Shown here: in pieces, positions 9,105 to 19,020 of the stretch
How the letters are laid out: each line of letters begins with the position of its first letter
How positions within the stretch are numbered: position 1 is the stretch's first letter
Assembly: GCA_028289135.1 (NCBI GenBank)
Contig: JAQGGW010000001.1
Coordinates: forward strand, 76,018-140,017
Length of the DNA stretch: 64,000 nt
Direction of reading: 5' to 3'
Origin: Candidatus Saccharimonadota bacterium
Lineage (GTDB): Bacteria > Patescibacteriota > Saccharimonadia > Saccharimonadales > JACDBH01
Position numbers and translations under genes: made by a program
The notes under the pieces: generated by a model
Seen by the model: only the letters and a program-made list of their open reading frames with translations
Told to the model about the DNA's origin: nothing
Database searches by the model: none

Positions 9105-9123
9105 TATATAATGAGGAAGAATT

Positions 9124-10182
9124 ATGGAAGAAAAAGCTAAAAACTACCGCGAAGAACTGGATGGCCTCAAGCAGCAGCTGACTGACCCGGGTATTTTTAG
9201 CACGCCCGAATATCCAAAACTTGCTAAGAGAATGAGTTTCGTTGAAGGCATTGTGAAGCTTTTTGATGAACAAGTCCGTTATAACAAGGAAATTACTGAG
9301 GCGCAGGAAATGGCCGCAAGCAGTGACGCCGAAATGGCGGAGATGGCTCGCGAAGAATTAGTGCACCTAAAGGCTTTCCGTGAAAGCATTGACGCCCAGC
9401 TGCAAGAAGCACTGGTGCCAAAAGACCCCAACGATGAACGCAACGCCATTTTTGAAATCCGCGCGGCGGCCGGTGGCGATGAATCTTCCCTGTTTGCAGC
9501 CGAACTATACCGAATGTATGCTCGCTTCTGTGAAACGCACGGCTACAAACTAGAGCTCTTAAACGAAAGCCCGTCAGACGCTGGCGGCTATAAAGAAATT
9601 AGTTTTATAGCCCGCGGCGATGAACCCTTTGGCATGTTCAAGTTTGAAGCCGGCGTCCACCGCGTCCAGCGCGTGCCAGAAACTGAAAGCCAAGGCCGGA
9701 TCCACACTTCTACCGTGACTGTTGCGGTTTTGCCGGAAGCCGAAGAAAAAGACATTGAAATTAACCCATCCGACCTGCGGATTGACGTTTACCACGCCAG
9801 CGGCCACGGCGGCCAAAGTGTTAACACCACTGACTCTGCCGTGCGCATTACTCACCTTCCAACTGGGCTGGTTGTAACGCAGCAGGACGAAAAATCTCAG
9901 ACAAAGAACAAGTTAAAAGCCCTCGGCGTCCTTCGTTCACGGCTTTTGCAGGCGCAGATTGAATCCGAACAGCAAAAACTATCAGACAGCCGCAAAAAAC
10001 TGATCGGCTCCGGCGACAGATCCGAAAAAATTAGGACGTATAACTTCCCCCAAGACCGCATTACCGACCACCGCATAGGCTACTCCCGCAGTAACATCCC
10101 GGGCGCCATGACCGGCCAGATCGACGACCTATTTGAAGAACTCCACAAGGCCGAACACGACCTTCTTAACCAAGAATCCTAA
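9124..10182 (+). CDS. prfA: peptide chain release factor 1
   Basis: 352 aa with GGQ (SGHGGQSVNTT) and the RF1-type tripeptide PET (VQRVPETESQGRIHTS). An AGGAAG SD is present. Confidence 0.95.
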   Translation: MEEKAKNYREELDGLKQQLTDPGIFSTPEYPKLAKRMSFVEGIVKLFDEQVRYNKEITEAQEMAASSDAEMAEMAREELVHLKAFRESIDAQLQEALVPKDPNDERNAIFEIRAAAGGDESSLFAAELYRMYARFCETHGYKLELLNESPSDAGGYKEISFIARGDEPFGMFKFEAGVHRVQRVPETESQGRIHTSTVTVAVLPEAEEKDIEINPSDLRIDVYHASGHGGQSVNTTDSAVRITHLPTGLVVTQQDEKSQTKNKLKALGVLRSRLLQAQIESEQQKLSDSRKKLIGSGDRSEKIRTYNFPQDRITDHRIGYSRSNIPGAMTGQIDDLFEELHKAEHDLLNQES

Positions 10183-11006
10183 TGAATGTTGAGGAATATT
10201 TAAAAAACGCTATAAATGCCTTGGCATACAAAGAAGTGCCGACGGCCCGGCTGGACGTTTTGGTTTTGCTTGAGGATGTTTTGAGTAAGGACCGCGGATG
10301 GCTTTTGGCCCACCTGGATCTGCCGCTGGACGAGCCGACTATTAAGAAACTGAATGAGCTGATAAAGCGCCGGGCTGGGCATGAGCCACTAGCTTATATT
10401 CGTGGCCACAGCGAGTTTTATGGGCGGGAGTTTTTGGTAACGGCGGACACTTTGCAGCCGCGGGCTGAAACAGAGATTATGATTGACCTGTTAAAAAGTC
10501 TTAAGATTAAGAATCCCATTATCGCCGACATTGGTACCGGGTCTGGGTGTTTGGCTATTACCACCGCGCTGGAGCTGCCCGATTCTGAGGTGTACGCTAC
10601 GGAAATTAACGCCGCAGCATTGGCGGTGGCACGTAAAAATGCTAAGAAGCTTAAGGCCGGCGTGACGTTTTATAAGGGTAATTTATTAGAGCCAGTTTTG
10701 AGCGCGGATGTGCAGCCCACTGTCCTGCTGGCTAACCTGCCTTATGTGCCGGACGATTATGAAATTAACCAAGCGGCTGGCCATGAACCTAAAATTGCAC
10801 TGTTTGGGGGCAAAGATGGGCTGGACCTTTACAGAGAGCTTTTTGCCTTAATTGACGATTCTGCCAAAATTGCAACAAAGTTGCAATTTCTATTAACGGA
10901 GTCGCTGCCCTTCCAGCACGCAGAACTTGCCAAAATAGCCAAAAAACACGGTTTTAAACAAAACGTTGAACAAGACTTTATCCAAGTTTTTGAACGCATT
11001 ATTTGA
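10182..11006 (+). CDS. prmC: release-factor glutamine N5-methyltransferase (HemK/PrmC)
   Basis: 274 aa with SAM motif DIGTGSGCLA and NLPYVP (an NPPY variant). Its ATG overlaps the prfA stop. Confidence 0.88.
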   Translation: MNVEEYLKNAINALAYKEVPTARLDVLVLLEDVLSKDRGWLLAHLDLPLDEPTIKKLNELIKRRAGHEPLAYIRGHSEFYGREFLVTADTLQPRAETEIMIDLLKSLKIKNPIIADIGTGSGCLAITTALELPDSEVYATEINAAALAVARKNAKKLKAGVTFYKGNLLEPVLSADVQPTVLLANLPYVPDDYEINQAAGHEPKIALFGGKDGLDLYRELFALIDDSAKIATKLQFLLTESLPFQHAELAKIAKKHGFKQNVEQDFIQVFERII

Positions 11007-11015
11007 GATAAGTTT

Positions 11016-11744
11016 TTATTTTTGGAGTAATAATCCAGGAACATTTATTAGGTCTGTAAATATTGCCATGGCAGTATTACTTGCATCATCGAGACTATTA
11101 GTTCCAAGAAAAATGGTATTTGGGCGAAGGCTTCCGTCTTGATCGCCGGTTGTTAGGAGATCTATATGGTTGTTGGTTGGAATATAGGTTATGTCCCAGC
11201 TATCTACGCCTGAGGCTGAGCCAAAGTGCTTAAAGTTGACTGCTCTGTCTGTTGGCAAGTTTAGGGCCTGGCCTTTAATGCTTGTAACAGCGTGCTCCGC
11301 AAAAACTACGCTTGTTATAGATAGACCACCTGTGAGTGATGGGTATTCTGAAACCGTTGCATCTACCTGCGTAAGCTGGCCGTCTTTGACAAACCATTTA
11401 ATTATAGTTGTACCTATACTTCCATCGCTATTATTGTCATCGATAAAAACTTCGGCATCTGTGGCTTCTGGATCGGCATATGCTTTAATGAGCGATGCTT
11501 TTTCTGACACAAATTTGGCTGTTTCTGTATTTAATGCTGCACGTGTTGCTTCTGGTAATGTAGTTGGTGGTTTAATTTCGGGAAAGATGGGCAGTGTGCT
11601 GGCAAGTGCAACTGTTTCTGTTGGGGCAGAATTTTTAGTTTTTGCTTCGCTGCAGCTTATTAGACTAAGGGCTGCGATGGTGCTGGCAGCGATGCGGCGA
11701 CTGAGGTGGTTTGGGCGTGAAGAAGAACTGTTTGGTGATTTCAT
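11016..11744 (-). CDS. putative lipoprotein, function unknown
   Basis: 242 aa. The signal sequence ends in the lipobox-like LSLISC, followed by a Thr/Ser/Ala-rich linker. Confidence 0.6.
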   Translation of the reverse strand: MKSPNSSSSRPNHLSRRIAASTIAALSLISCSEAKTKNSAPTETVALASTLPIFPEIKPPTTLPEATRAALNTETAKFVSEKASLIKAYADPEATDAEVFIDDNNSDGSIGTTIIKWFVKDGQLTQVDATVSEYPSLTGGLSITSVVFAEHAVTSIKGQALNLPTDRAVNFKHFGSASGVDSWDITYIPTNNHIDLLTTGDQDGSLRPNTIFLGTNSLDDASNTAMAIFTDLINVPGLLLQK

Positions 11745-11826
11745 ATCACTAAATTATACAATATAAGGGGTTACTATACAACTAATGCTTAGCAAGTTGT
11801 ATAATTTTATGTTATAATATATTTAG

Positions 11827-12399
11827 ATGATTAAATATAACGAAGCTAGGAATGGCATGGAGCCTTCTAATCCGGCCTTTTCTTACGAGCTGTCTCCAAA
11901 TGGGGCAGTATTTGAGCACCAGGATATTGGACGAGTTCCAGATTATGCTCTTGAGGGCGGCCATAACGTTTGGAAAGCAATCGTGACTAAGGTTCGTCGT
12001 GGCATGGAACCGGGCAGCCCATATCTATTTTCAATTGTTAGTGGACTTGCTAATACGCATACGCAACTTGCCACAGCCATTAAGTGGCCTACCCCTGAAC
12101 CATCACATATTTTAAGTGAGCTTAGTGTAGATAAAGTATGGTTACGGCTTGAGGCCGACGAAGTAAATTATAAGGTTACACAAAGTGCGGAGCTTGTCGC
12201 TCAAATTGCTTATAGTAAAGGATTGCCGAATTTAAACGCACTCAATATAGGAGCTTCGCTTATCCAGGCTGCGCGAAAACTCCCGCCTGCCTTTGGCCTG
12301 CCTTATGACAGCTTTAAAATTGATACAGTAGTTACGAGTAATTTGGAATCTGGTTTCTGGGATTTTTCGAACAGCACAAATTTTGCTACTTGGGGTTAA
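11827..12399 (+). CDS. hypothetical protein
   Basis: 190-aa ORF with no recognisable motif. A TATAAT (11813-11818) lies 9 nt before the ATG and there is no SD, so this is a leaderless candidate. Confidence 0.5.
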   Translation: MIKYNEARNGMEPSNPAFSYELSPNGAVFEHQDIGRVPDYALEGGHNVWKAIVTKVRRGMEPGSPYLFSIVSGLANTHTQLATAIKWPTPEPSHILSELSVDKVWLRLEADEVNYKVTQSAELVAQIAYSKGLPNLNALNIGASLIQAARKLPPAFGLPYDSFKIDTVVTSNLESGFWDFSNSTNFATWG

Positions 12400-13673
12400 C
12401 CCTGAGGGGCGGCTTCGAGAGTGACGTCGATCTTTTGGTCTTTGCCGTCGCGGTTAACTGTTAGAGTCACTTTGGTGCCGACTGTGAAGCGGCCAAGGAG
12501 CGAGACTAAAGAGTTGTTTTCGTCGATTTTGGTACCGTTGATCTGGGTAATGACGTCTTTTTCCTGCAGGCCGGCTTTTTCGGCTGGGCTGCCTGGAAGG
12601 ATTGATGGGCCGGCCGTGTTGTTTGGAGCAATATAGGCGCCGCGCTTTACATCGAGGTTGTACTCATAGGCATAGTCGTCCGTGAGGGTGACGTAGCGGA
12701 TACCGAGGTATGGGCGTTCCAGCTTGCCGTCTTTTTCGACGCTGGCGATCAGGCCCTTAATGTCATTAACAGGGATAGAGAAGCCGATGTTTTGGGCGTC
12801 GGCGATGGCAACGTTGATGCCGATTACTTCCCCGTTGACGTTTACCAATGGCCCGCCGGAATTGCCGAGGTTAATGGCAGCGTCGGTTTGGAACAAGTTT
12901 TGCAGGGTTTCGGTGCTACTACTGCCGCTTTGGTCGCCGGCTTCAATGCTGCGGCCGTAGCCTGAGATGATGCCGCTAGTGACAGTGTTCTGGAATTGGC
13001 CGAGGGCATTGCCGATGGCTACGACTTTGTCGCCAACTTGGACTTTGGACGAGTCGCCAACAACAGCCGGCGTTAGAGTTTTGCCTTTGAGGTCTTTGAT
13101 CTGGAGGAAGGCGATGTCGAACGGGTCGCTTTCGGCTGTACGGCCAACAACTGTGACGTTGTCCAGCTTGGTGCCGTCAGAAAGTGTGACAGAGACAGTG
13201 GTTGTGCCGGCTGGAACCACGTGGCGGTTGGTGATGATTAGGCCGTCCTTGGTCAAAATTACCCCTGTCCCGGCTCCTTCTTCGGTTTGCGGCTGGGAGA
13301 TGCCGAAAATGTTTTGAGTGGTGGTTTGGGAGCTAACATCCACCGACACCACACTGGCGCCGACGTTTTTGGCGATGCTGTTCACTAGCTGGCTTTCGTT
13401 GGAGATAATCTGCTGTTTGGCCTGGGCACTGTTGGCATCATAGCCGTTATTGCGGGCGCCAACGTAGCCGCCGCCAAAACCAGCTGCGACTGCGACAATT
13501 AGCATAAGAATGGTGGTTGCTAGGCTGGATTTTCTTTCGACAGACATGGGCTGGCGTGGTTTAGTGGAGCTTGAGCTCATTGTTGGCGCAAAAGCGCTGA
13601 TTGGCGGCAGCTCGTTGCCAGCAGGCTTAGTTTTTGATGATTTTTTTGGTGGTGATTTAAAAGGATTAAGCAT
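12396..13673 (-). CDS. htrA: HtrA/DegP-family serine protease with C-terminal PDZ, membrane anchored
   Basis: 425 aa with an N-terminal TM, a trypsin-like core (ITNRHV, GNSGGPL) and a PDZ domain (PAEKAGLQEKDVITQING). Confidence 0.9.
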   Translation of the reverse strand: MLNPFKSPPKKSSKTKPAGNELPPISAFAPTMSSSSTKPRQPMSVERKSSLATTILMLIVAVAAGFGGGYVGARNNGYDANSAQAKQQIISNESQLVNSIAKNVGASVVSVDVSSQTTTQNIFGISQPQTEEGAGTGVILTKDGLIITNRHVVPAGTTTVSVTLSDGTKLDNVTVVGRTAESDPFDIAFLQIKDLKGKTLTPAVVGDSSKVQVGDKVVAIGNALGQFQNTVTSGIISGYGRSIEAGDQSGSSSTETLQNLFQTDAAINLGNSGGPLVNVNGEVIGINVAIADAQNIGFSIPVNDIKGLIASVEKDGKLERPYLGIRYVTLTDDYAYEYNLDVKRGAYIAPNNTAGPSILPGSPAEKAGLQEKDVITQINGTKIDENNSLVSLLGRFTVGTKVTLTVNRDGKDQKIDVTLEAAPQG

Positions 13674-13726
13674 ATGTATTTATTATAGCAAGCAACCTGA
13701 GACTCAGCTTAGAAAACCCCACAAAG

Positions 13727-14245
13727 CTACAAGGAAATGATGGGGACTTCTGAGATATACAGGCGGCTCATGTATACAACGTGCGGGATAAACTGATAAT
13801 TAAATGGCAACTCACCTGTGCCGACAAGGCTTTTATAATAGTCAATTGTTGCTTGTGGAATGTCCTCTAGCTCAGACGGATCAACATCTTTAAGCCACTT
13901 GACCGTCACATTTTCTTCGCCCGGCGCTATCTTAAAGAAGACTACTGCTTTGCTTGGATCCAGCAAGCTGGTGTCTACTTCGAAGAATTTGTACGGCGGG
14001 ACTTCGGGGATCAGCCCCATTTCGACCTGGAGTTCAAAAACTTTTTTAGGATGCATTGGCAAAAACTGGATAACATCGTTCCAAAGGCAGTTGAGTAGCG
14101 GGATTTTACGCTCCAAGATTTCTTCGCGACCCTCGTATTTTGAGAGATGCAGCGCGTAGAGTTCGGGATAAATATCCTTCATCTCGTTGAGCGGCATAAG
14201 TTCGTTACCCATCATTGGGTCTGGCGCACCATGGTAAAGCTTCAT
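13727..14245 (-). CDS. hypothetical protein
   Basis: Start taken at MKLYHGAP (ATG 14245), 1 nt after the upstream gene's stop. No motif recognised. Confidence 0.55.
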   Translation of the reverse strand: MKLYHGAPDPMMGNELMPLNEMKDIYPELYALHLSKYEGREEILERKIPLLNCLWNDVIQFLPMHPKKVFELQVEMGLIPEVPPYKFFEVDTSLLDPSKAVVFFKIAPGEENVTVKWLKDVDPSELEDIPQATIDYYKSLVGTGELPFNYQFIPHVVYMSRLYISEVPIISL

Positions 14246-14246
14246 A

Positions 14247-14996
14247 TTAAACAGCTTTATCGCCCCAAGAGGAAAAGAGGAGGACAACGATGATAACGGC
14301 TGACATTACGAGCAGGATTTCGCGGCGGACAAACACCGAAAGCCGATCGTTGGTCTCAAGATAATACAGCGTTGCGATACCAACCCCAAGCACCGACAGG
14401 ATTAGCATTGGTTGCGAGATAAAGGCATAATACAGCAGCCAGTGCCCAAGCACCCAGGTGAGCGCGGCACCAAAGTAGCCCCAAGCGTGGGAGATCATTG
14501 AGCTGAGCGGTTCGTCAAAACTGCTTAAGAAGTGGCGGGCTGCCAGGTAGCAAACGGCCCAGGTTGCAACAACAAGAACCAAGAGCGACGACCTCCCCCA
14601 TAGCGCATAGATTGAGGCAAGACCTAGAATCTGCCCGGCACCAGCCTGTATGGCGTTCCAGAAGGTCGATGAACGCGGTTTGATAAGCGTAAGCCATATG
14701 CCGTAACAAATAGCCCAAACAAGCTGCCAGGACTGCTGTGACGGCGCACCGGCTATAAAGCTGACAAACGACAGGCCAACAATAATATCGATGGCATTTG
14801 CCCGGATGTTTGCCGGCCAGTGCCGCGGCCGGACTGCCAGCATGCGCCACTTGGAAGCCAAGATGACGGCATATGCCAGCGGTACAAAAGACAACCGTAC
14901 CAAAATAAACACAATCAATGGCAAAACTGCTACCAGCAGAACGTGAACGATAGCACTAAAGCCACCAGCCGGCTTTAATTTGTCGAGCCTATTCAT
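14247..14996 (-). CDS. polytopic integral membrane protein, function unknown
   Basis: 249 aa with about 7-8 hydrophobic helices. Tightly packed with the downstream ORF. Confidence 0.65.
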   Translation of the reverse strand: MNRLDKLKPAGGFSAIVHVLLVAVLPLIVFILVRLSFVPLAYAVILASKWRMLAVRPRHWPANIRANAIDIIVGLSFVSFIAGAPSQQSWQLVWAICYGIWLTLIKPRSSTFWNAIQAGAGQILGLASIYALWGRSSLLVLVVATWAVCYLAARHFLSSFDEPLSSMISHAWGYFGAALTWVLGHWLLYYAFISQPMLILSVLGVGIATLYYLETNDRLSVFVRREILLVMSAVIIVVLLFSSWGDKAV

Positions 14997-15040
14997 TGAA
15001 ACTTACCGTTTTAACAAAACTCAAGTGAGATCCTTTTTGC

Positions 15041-16795
15041 TTAGTTACTCGCACCGGACTCGTTACTGCCTAGTATTATAACAAAGTCAGCAGTTCCTGG
15101 CACGATCGACGGATCTGGCAGCGTTGTCGTAGCCGTTACGCCGAGCCGTTTCTCGAGGTAGTTCTTAGTATATTTCTTAACGCCTTTGGTCATATCTACC
15201 AAAACAGTCTTGGTGTAGGCCTTGGTTGGAGCGTCGGCAACCTGGGTAACGTTGTAGCCGTAGGACTTAAGCTCTGTGCTCTTGAGCGTAGCCAGGCCCG
15301 GTGTGTTGGTTCCATTTAGGATCACAATGTTGGCGTTTTCACTCTTTAGGAAGGAGTCGCGCAGTGTGTTACGGACATATGACTGGATGGCGGTGTAGAC
15401 AAATGTGCCTTCGCGCGGGATAACTACTGATTGGCCGTCGATGTTGTCGGTGGTTACGAAGTTGTTAGGCGGATCTGCCAGGCCAATTGAAGCAATCTTG
15501 GCAGATGGAACATCTTTTACAATGTCATAAACACGCTTGAGCTCGTTGGTTGTAAAGTCGGTCGAGACATGGTCACCAATGGCATCGATCAGCTGGTTGA
15601 CTTTAAGCGGGTTAGCGAATGTGCCCAGGCTTAAAACCTTGTCTTTTAGAGCCACAATCACTTCGCGCTGGCGTTCGGTACGGTCAAAGTCGCCGCGCAG
15701 TGAACCGTGGCGGGACTGGGCGTAAAGCAGCGCGTGCTTGCCATCAAAATGGTCTTGGCCAACTGCCGCGATTAGCGGATTATTGTTATTGTCAGCCTGG
15801 ATAAAGGTGTCGTAGACCTCTGTTTTTACATTTATATCAATCCCATGTACTGCATTGATTGCCTGGGCAAAGCCTTGGAAGTCCACCATGCCGTAATAAT
15901 TAATTGGGATGCCGAGAACTGAGGTAACTGCGCTTTCAATCGCTTTAACACCGGCTTTTTCGGCTGCGGCCTTAACGGCGTCGGTTTGCTGTTTGGTGGT
16001 GTAGTTATTGAGTACGGCGTATTTGGCATTGGCATAAATGGCATTAATTTTGGACGCTCCGCCAGATGGCGTTTTTACCCACAAGTCACGCGGAAGGCTC
16101 ACCAATGCGACTTCTTTGGCGATGGGGTCGATGCTGGCAATAATAATCGTGTCAGTAAGGTCTGGGCCGTCATGGCCGGTTCCGCCTTTGCCAAGCATTA
16201 AAATGTTGACACGGCCGTCTCCTTCGCCCTTAAGCAGCGTTGGATCGACGTTTTTGTTTAGCGCGGCGGCGCCGTTGCTGCCGCCCTTTAGAATACCGTG
16301 GGTTGTAAGATAGATCTTTAGCGCTAATACGCCGCCCGTAAGCAAGATGACTGCTGCTAGCACTCCAGCCACGCGCAAGCCGATCTTTAGCTTATTACGC
16401 TTAGAAGGCTTTTTTGGTTCTTTTTGTTTGCGTCTAAAATGCATAAATCCCCGCCGTTTTTTTGGCATATTTTTCTTGGCTTCTTGTTGGGCGCGGCGTT
16501 CACGGCGGCTGGCTGCATGTGAGGCATAAATTTCACCTATTTCGGCTGGGTTTTCGGCGGCTGGATTCATAATTGGCGCTTGGGTTGCGGCCGAAAAACC
16601 TTCGGCCTGTTTAAAATCGTCGATACGGCTTATGCGCAGCGAATCGGTGTCCACGGCCGCGGCACCTTTACTACCCTGATAGTAAGTATTGAACGACTGC
16701 AGGTCACCTGGGCTTTTGCTACCATTTGTCTTTGGTTTAACAAAGCCGTCGATTGAACCTACGGTACGTTTTTTGTGATTTTTAAAATTATCCAT
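15041..16795 (-). CDS. LytR-CpsA-Psr (LCP) family cell-envelope glycopolymer transferase with LytR_C-like C-terminus
   Basis: The LCP core is RVNILMLGKGGTGHDGPDLTDTIIIASIDP...SLPRDLWV, with an N-terminal TM. Start taken at MDNFKNHKK (16795) with AGGAAGG upstream; the track start is 16867. Confidence 0.88.
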   Translation of the reverse strand: MDNFKNHKKRTVGSIDGFVKPKTNGSKSPGDLQSFNTYYQGSKGAAAVDTDSLRISRIDDFKQAEGFSAATQAPIMNPAAENPAEIGEIYASHAASRRERRAQQEAKKNMPKKRRGFMHFRRKQKEPKKPSKRNKLKIGLRVAGVLAAVILLTGGVLALKIYLTTHGILKGGSNGAAALNKNVDPTLLKGEGDGRVNILMLGKGGTGHDGPDLTDTIIIASIDPIAKEVALVSLPRDLWVKTPSGGASKINAIYANAKYAVLNNYTTKQQTDAVKAAAEKAGVKAIESAVTSVLGIPINYYGMVDFQGFAQAINAVHGIDINVKTEVYDTFIQADNNNNPLIAAVGQDHFDGKHALLYAQSRHGSLRGDFDRTERQREVIVALKDKVLSLGTFANPLKVNQLIDAIGDHVSTDFTTNELKRVYDIVKDVPSAKIASIGLADPPNNFVTTDNIDGQSVVIPREGTFVYTAIQSYVRNTLRDSFLKSENANIVILNGTNTPGLATLKSTELKSYGYNVTQVADAPTKAYTKTVLVDMTKGVKKYTKNYLEKRLGVTATTTLPDPSIVPGTADFVIILGSNESGASN

Positions 16796-16973
16796 GAGAA
16801 GATTAACCTTCCTAGTATAGCGGGTTAAAGGATGAGCGTAAACCGTTATGGCGTTCAAGTTTTCCACGGTTTTTACAGTCTAGCAATAAACTGCTGAGAA
16901 GCGCCTTAGAATATTTTAATTCTGAATCTGGCGTGAATGATTTGGTATGGTATAGTTAGACACTGAATCTACT

Positions 16974-17705
16974 ATGAATGATATTATCGAACCCAAAGGT
17001 GTTACAAACAATAGCGGCGAACTGCCAGCGTCTCCGGCTGCTCCTGCGGCAGTACGTCCGGGTACGCTAGATAGCTCCTCCGCGCCTGCTAATGACTCTA
17101 AGGAGTCCAAGGATACTAAAGAGAAAAAGCAGTCTAAAACCCGCAGTGTACTTTCGACGATTGCAGTGCTATTAATTGCCCCGATCTTGGCCCTAACAAT
17201 TACGGCATATGTTTTCCAGTCATATGAAGTTGACGGACCGAGCATGCAGACAACGCTGCACGACCACGACCGGCTTATTATCTGGAAAGTTTCACGAACC
17301 TGGGCACGCCTAACGCACCACGACTATACACCCGCCCGCGGCGATGTGATTGTCTTTATTAAAAAAGGTCTTTATGAGGCCAACAGCACCAGAGAAAAGC
17401 AGCTTATTAAGCGGGTGATCGCGCTGCCAGGCGAGCGTGTGACGGTAAAAGACGGCAAGGTCACAGTCTACAACACCCAATATCCAAATGGCTTCAGCCC
17501 TGACAAAACCCAGCCCTACGGCACTGTCATCACCACCACCGATGGCAACCTTGACCTGACCGTCCCAGCCGGTGAAGTCTTTGTTTGCGGCGACAACAGG
17601 GCAAACTCACTTGATTCACGCTACTTTGGCCCAGTCCCATTGCACGACATCGTCGGCAAACTCGCCGTCCGCATTTTGCCAATCGGCGACGCCAAGAGCT
17701 TTTAG
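16974..17705 (+). CDS. lepB: signal peptidase I
   Basis: 243 aa with a TM anchor, catalytic Ser box GPSMQTTL, and the KRVIALPGE and GDNRANSLDSRYFGPV boxes. Confidence 0.92.
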   Translation: MNDIIEPKGVTNNSGELPASPAAPAAVRPGTLDSSSAPANDSKESKDTKEKKQSKTRSVLSTIAVLLIAPILALTITAYVFQSYEVDGPSMQTTLHDHDRLIIWKVSRTWARLTHHDYTPARGDVIVFIKKGLYEANSTREKQLIKRVIALPGERVTVKDGKVTVYNTQYPNGFSPDKTQPYGTVITTTDGNLDLTVPAGEVFVCGDNRANSLDSRYFGPVPLHDIVGKLAVRILPIGDAKSF

Positions 17706-17943
17706 TCTTAACTTTTTGCATTCATATTCTTTCTGAGCTCAAACGGGACCATTCCTTCTTGGTGCGCTTCTGTCAAACATACAACAGCCAAGGATGACTC
17801 CCTACGGTCGGCCATGAAGCTTTAAAGTTGAGTTCATGGCTAAATCCTTGGCGATAAGTTGTATCTTTGACGAAGCGCAGCCACGAACGAAGATCTTTAT
17901 GTTCGATCTCAGAAAGACCATGAATGCCTGGAGTGCGTTCGCG

Positions 17944-18127
17944 CAAATCAGTGTAAATAACGGCTGAACATAGCGGCATTTAACGGCTAAGCTTCGTCAA
18001 AGCGACAACAAAAACCAGCCGAAGCTGTTTGAGGCACGATCAGTGCCGAGTTCTGCAGGCTTGTTGTCGCTTTGACTAGAAGCTTACCGTAATGACGGTC
18101 GTTCAGCCGGTATTTATCACTGATTTG
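17944..18127. repeat. 184-nt long imperfect hairpin element, copy C
   Basis: The left arm is CAAATCAGTGTAAATAACGGCTGAAC...ACGGCTAAGCTTCGTCAAAGCGACAACA. The reverse complement of the right arm is CAAATCAGTGATAAATACCGGCTGAAC...ACGGTAAGCTTCTAGTCAAAGCGACAACA. The apical ~48 nt holds two small hairpins (CAGC-CGAA-GCTG and GGCAC-GATCA-GTGCC). It lies between the convergent lepB and parB genes. Confidence 0.6.
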
Positions 18128-18145
18128 AAAAAAAGCAACTTAATT

Positions 18146-19018
18146 CTATTTAAGAGTTTCGAGGAGGGCGATGAGTTTGTCTAGGTCTTCTTGGCTGGTA
18201 AAGCCAATTTCGAGCCGGCCGCCTTTGGCCATGTTTTTGATGCTGACTGGGCGGTTCCAGGATTTGCTTAAAGCTTCGGTTTTGGGGTTTGACGGAATCG
18301 TGCGCTTTTCGGCGGCTTTGGTATCTTCGGCGCCAGCTTTGGATGCTACCACGAACTGTTCGGCTTGACGGACCGACCAGCCGTTTTTTTGGATAAGCAG
18401 CAAAAGTTCGGTTTGGTTTTCGGGGGACTCTTTAAGTGCCAAAATTGAGCGGGCATGGCCTTCGGAAATTTTTTCGGTATTGAGTGCTTCTTGCGCGGCT
18501 GGAGATAATTGTAAGAGTCGCACAATATTGTTTACGGTCGATGGTGCCTTGCCAAGCCGCTTGGCAATATCGTCGTAGCTTTGGCTAAACATCTCATGCA
18601 AACGCTTTATCGACACCGCTGTTTCCAATGGTGATAAATCCACACGCTGGATGTTCTCTACCAGAGAGACTTCGAGCTGTTCCAGTTCTTTACTTGTTCG
18701 CACAATTGCTGGCACTTTTTGGATTCCGGCCAATTTTGCGGCGCGCCAACGGCGCTCACCAGCAATTAACAGATATGTATCTGGCGTTTTGCCCGGTGAA
18801 ACAATCAATGGCTGCAGTACACCGTACTGTTTTAATGAATCGGCCAGCTGTTCGAGCGCCAAATCGTCAAAAAAGCGCCGCGGCTGGTCTGGATTTGGGA
18901 AAATGGACGAAACGAATAACTTTTGTACTCGTTCGCTATCTGTTTCTAATAATGTTGTGTCCAGGTCGGTCGGCATGAGTACATCAAAGCCTCTACCGAG
19001 CGCAGATTTTTTAGCCAT
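18146..19018 (-). CDS. parB: chromosome partitioning protein ParB
   Basis: 290 aa with the ParB box LIAGERRWRAAKLAG and an HTH region. Confidence 0.93.
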   Translation of the reverse strand: MAKKSALGRGFDVLMPTDLDTTLLETDSERVQKLFVSSIFPNPDQPRRFFDDLALEQLADSLKQYGVLQPLIVSPGKTPDTYLLIAGERRWRAAKLAGIQKVPAIVRTSKELEQLEVSLVENIQRVDLSPLETAVSIKRLHEMFSQSYDDIAKRLGKAPSTVNNIVRLLQLSPAAQEALNTEKISEGHARSILALKESPENQTELLLLIQKNGWSVRQAEQFVVASKAGAEDTKAAEKRTIPSNPKTEALSKSWNRPVSIKNMAKGGRLEIGFTSQEDLDKLIALLETLK

Positions 19019-19020
19019 GG

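Noticed and set aside
14515-14850. 111-aa ORF nested in another frame of the 249-aa membrane-protein gene, on the same strand.
   Set aside because: It is wholly contained in a longer ORF with a convincing TM pattern. The product is Ala/Arg/Cys-rich, as expected for an off-frame translation.
16916-17245. 109-aa minus-strand ORF overlapping the start of lepB.
   Set aside because: It lies antisense to the well-supported signal peptidase gene and has no motif or SD.
17773-17979. 68-aa minus-strand ORF in the lepB-parB gap.
   Set aside because: Its first 12 codons are the left arm of hairpin element C. It has no SD and no recognisable family. A possible continuation after an in-frame TGA hints at most at a decayed gene remnant.
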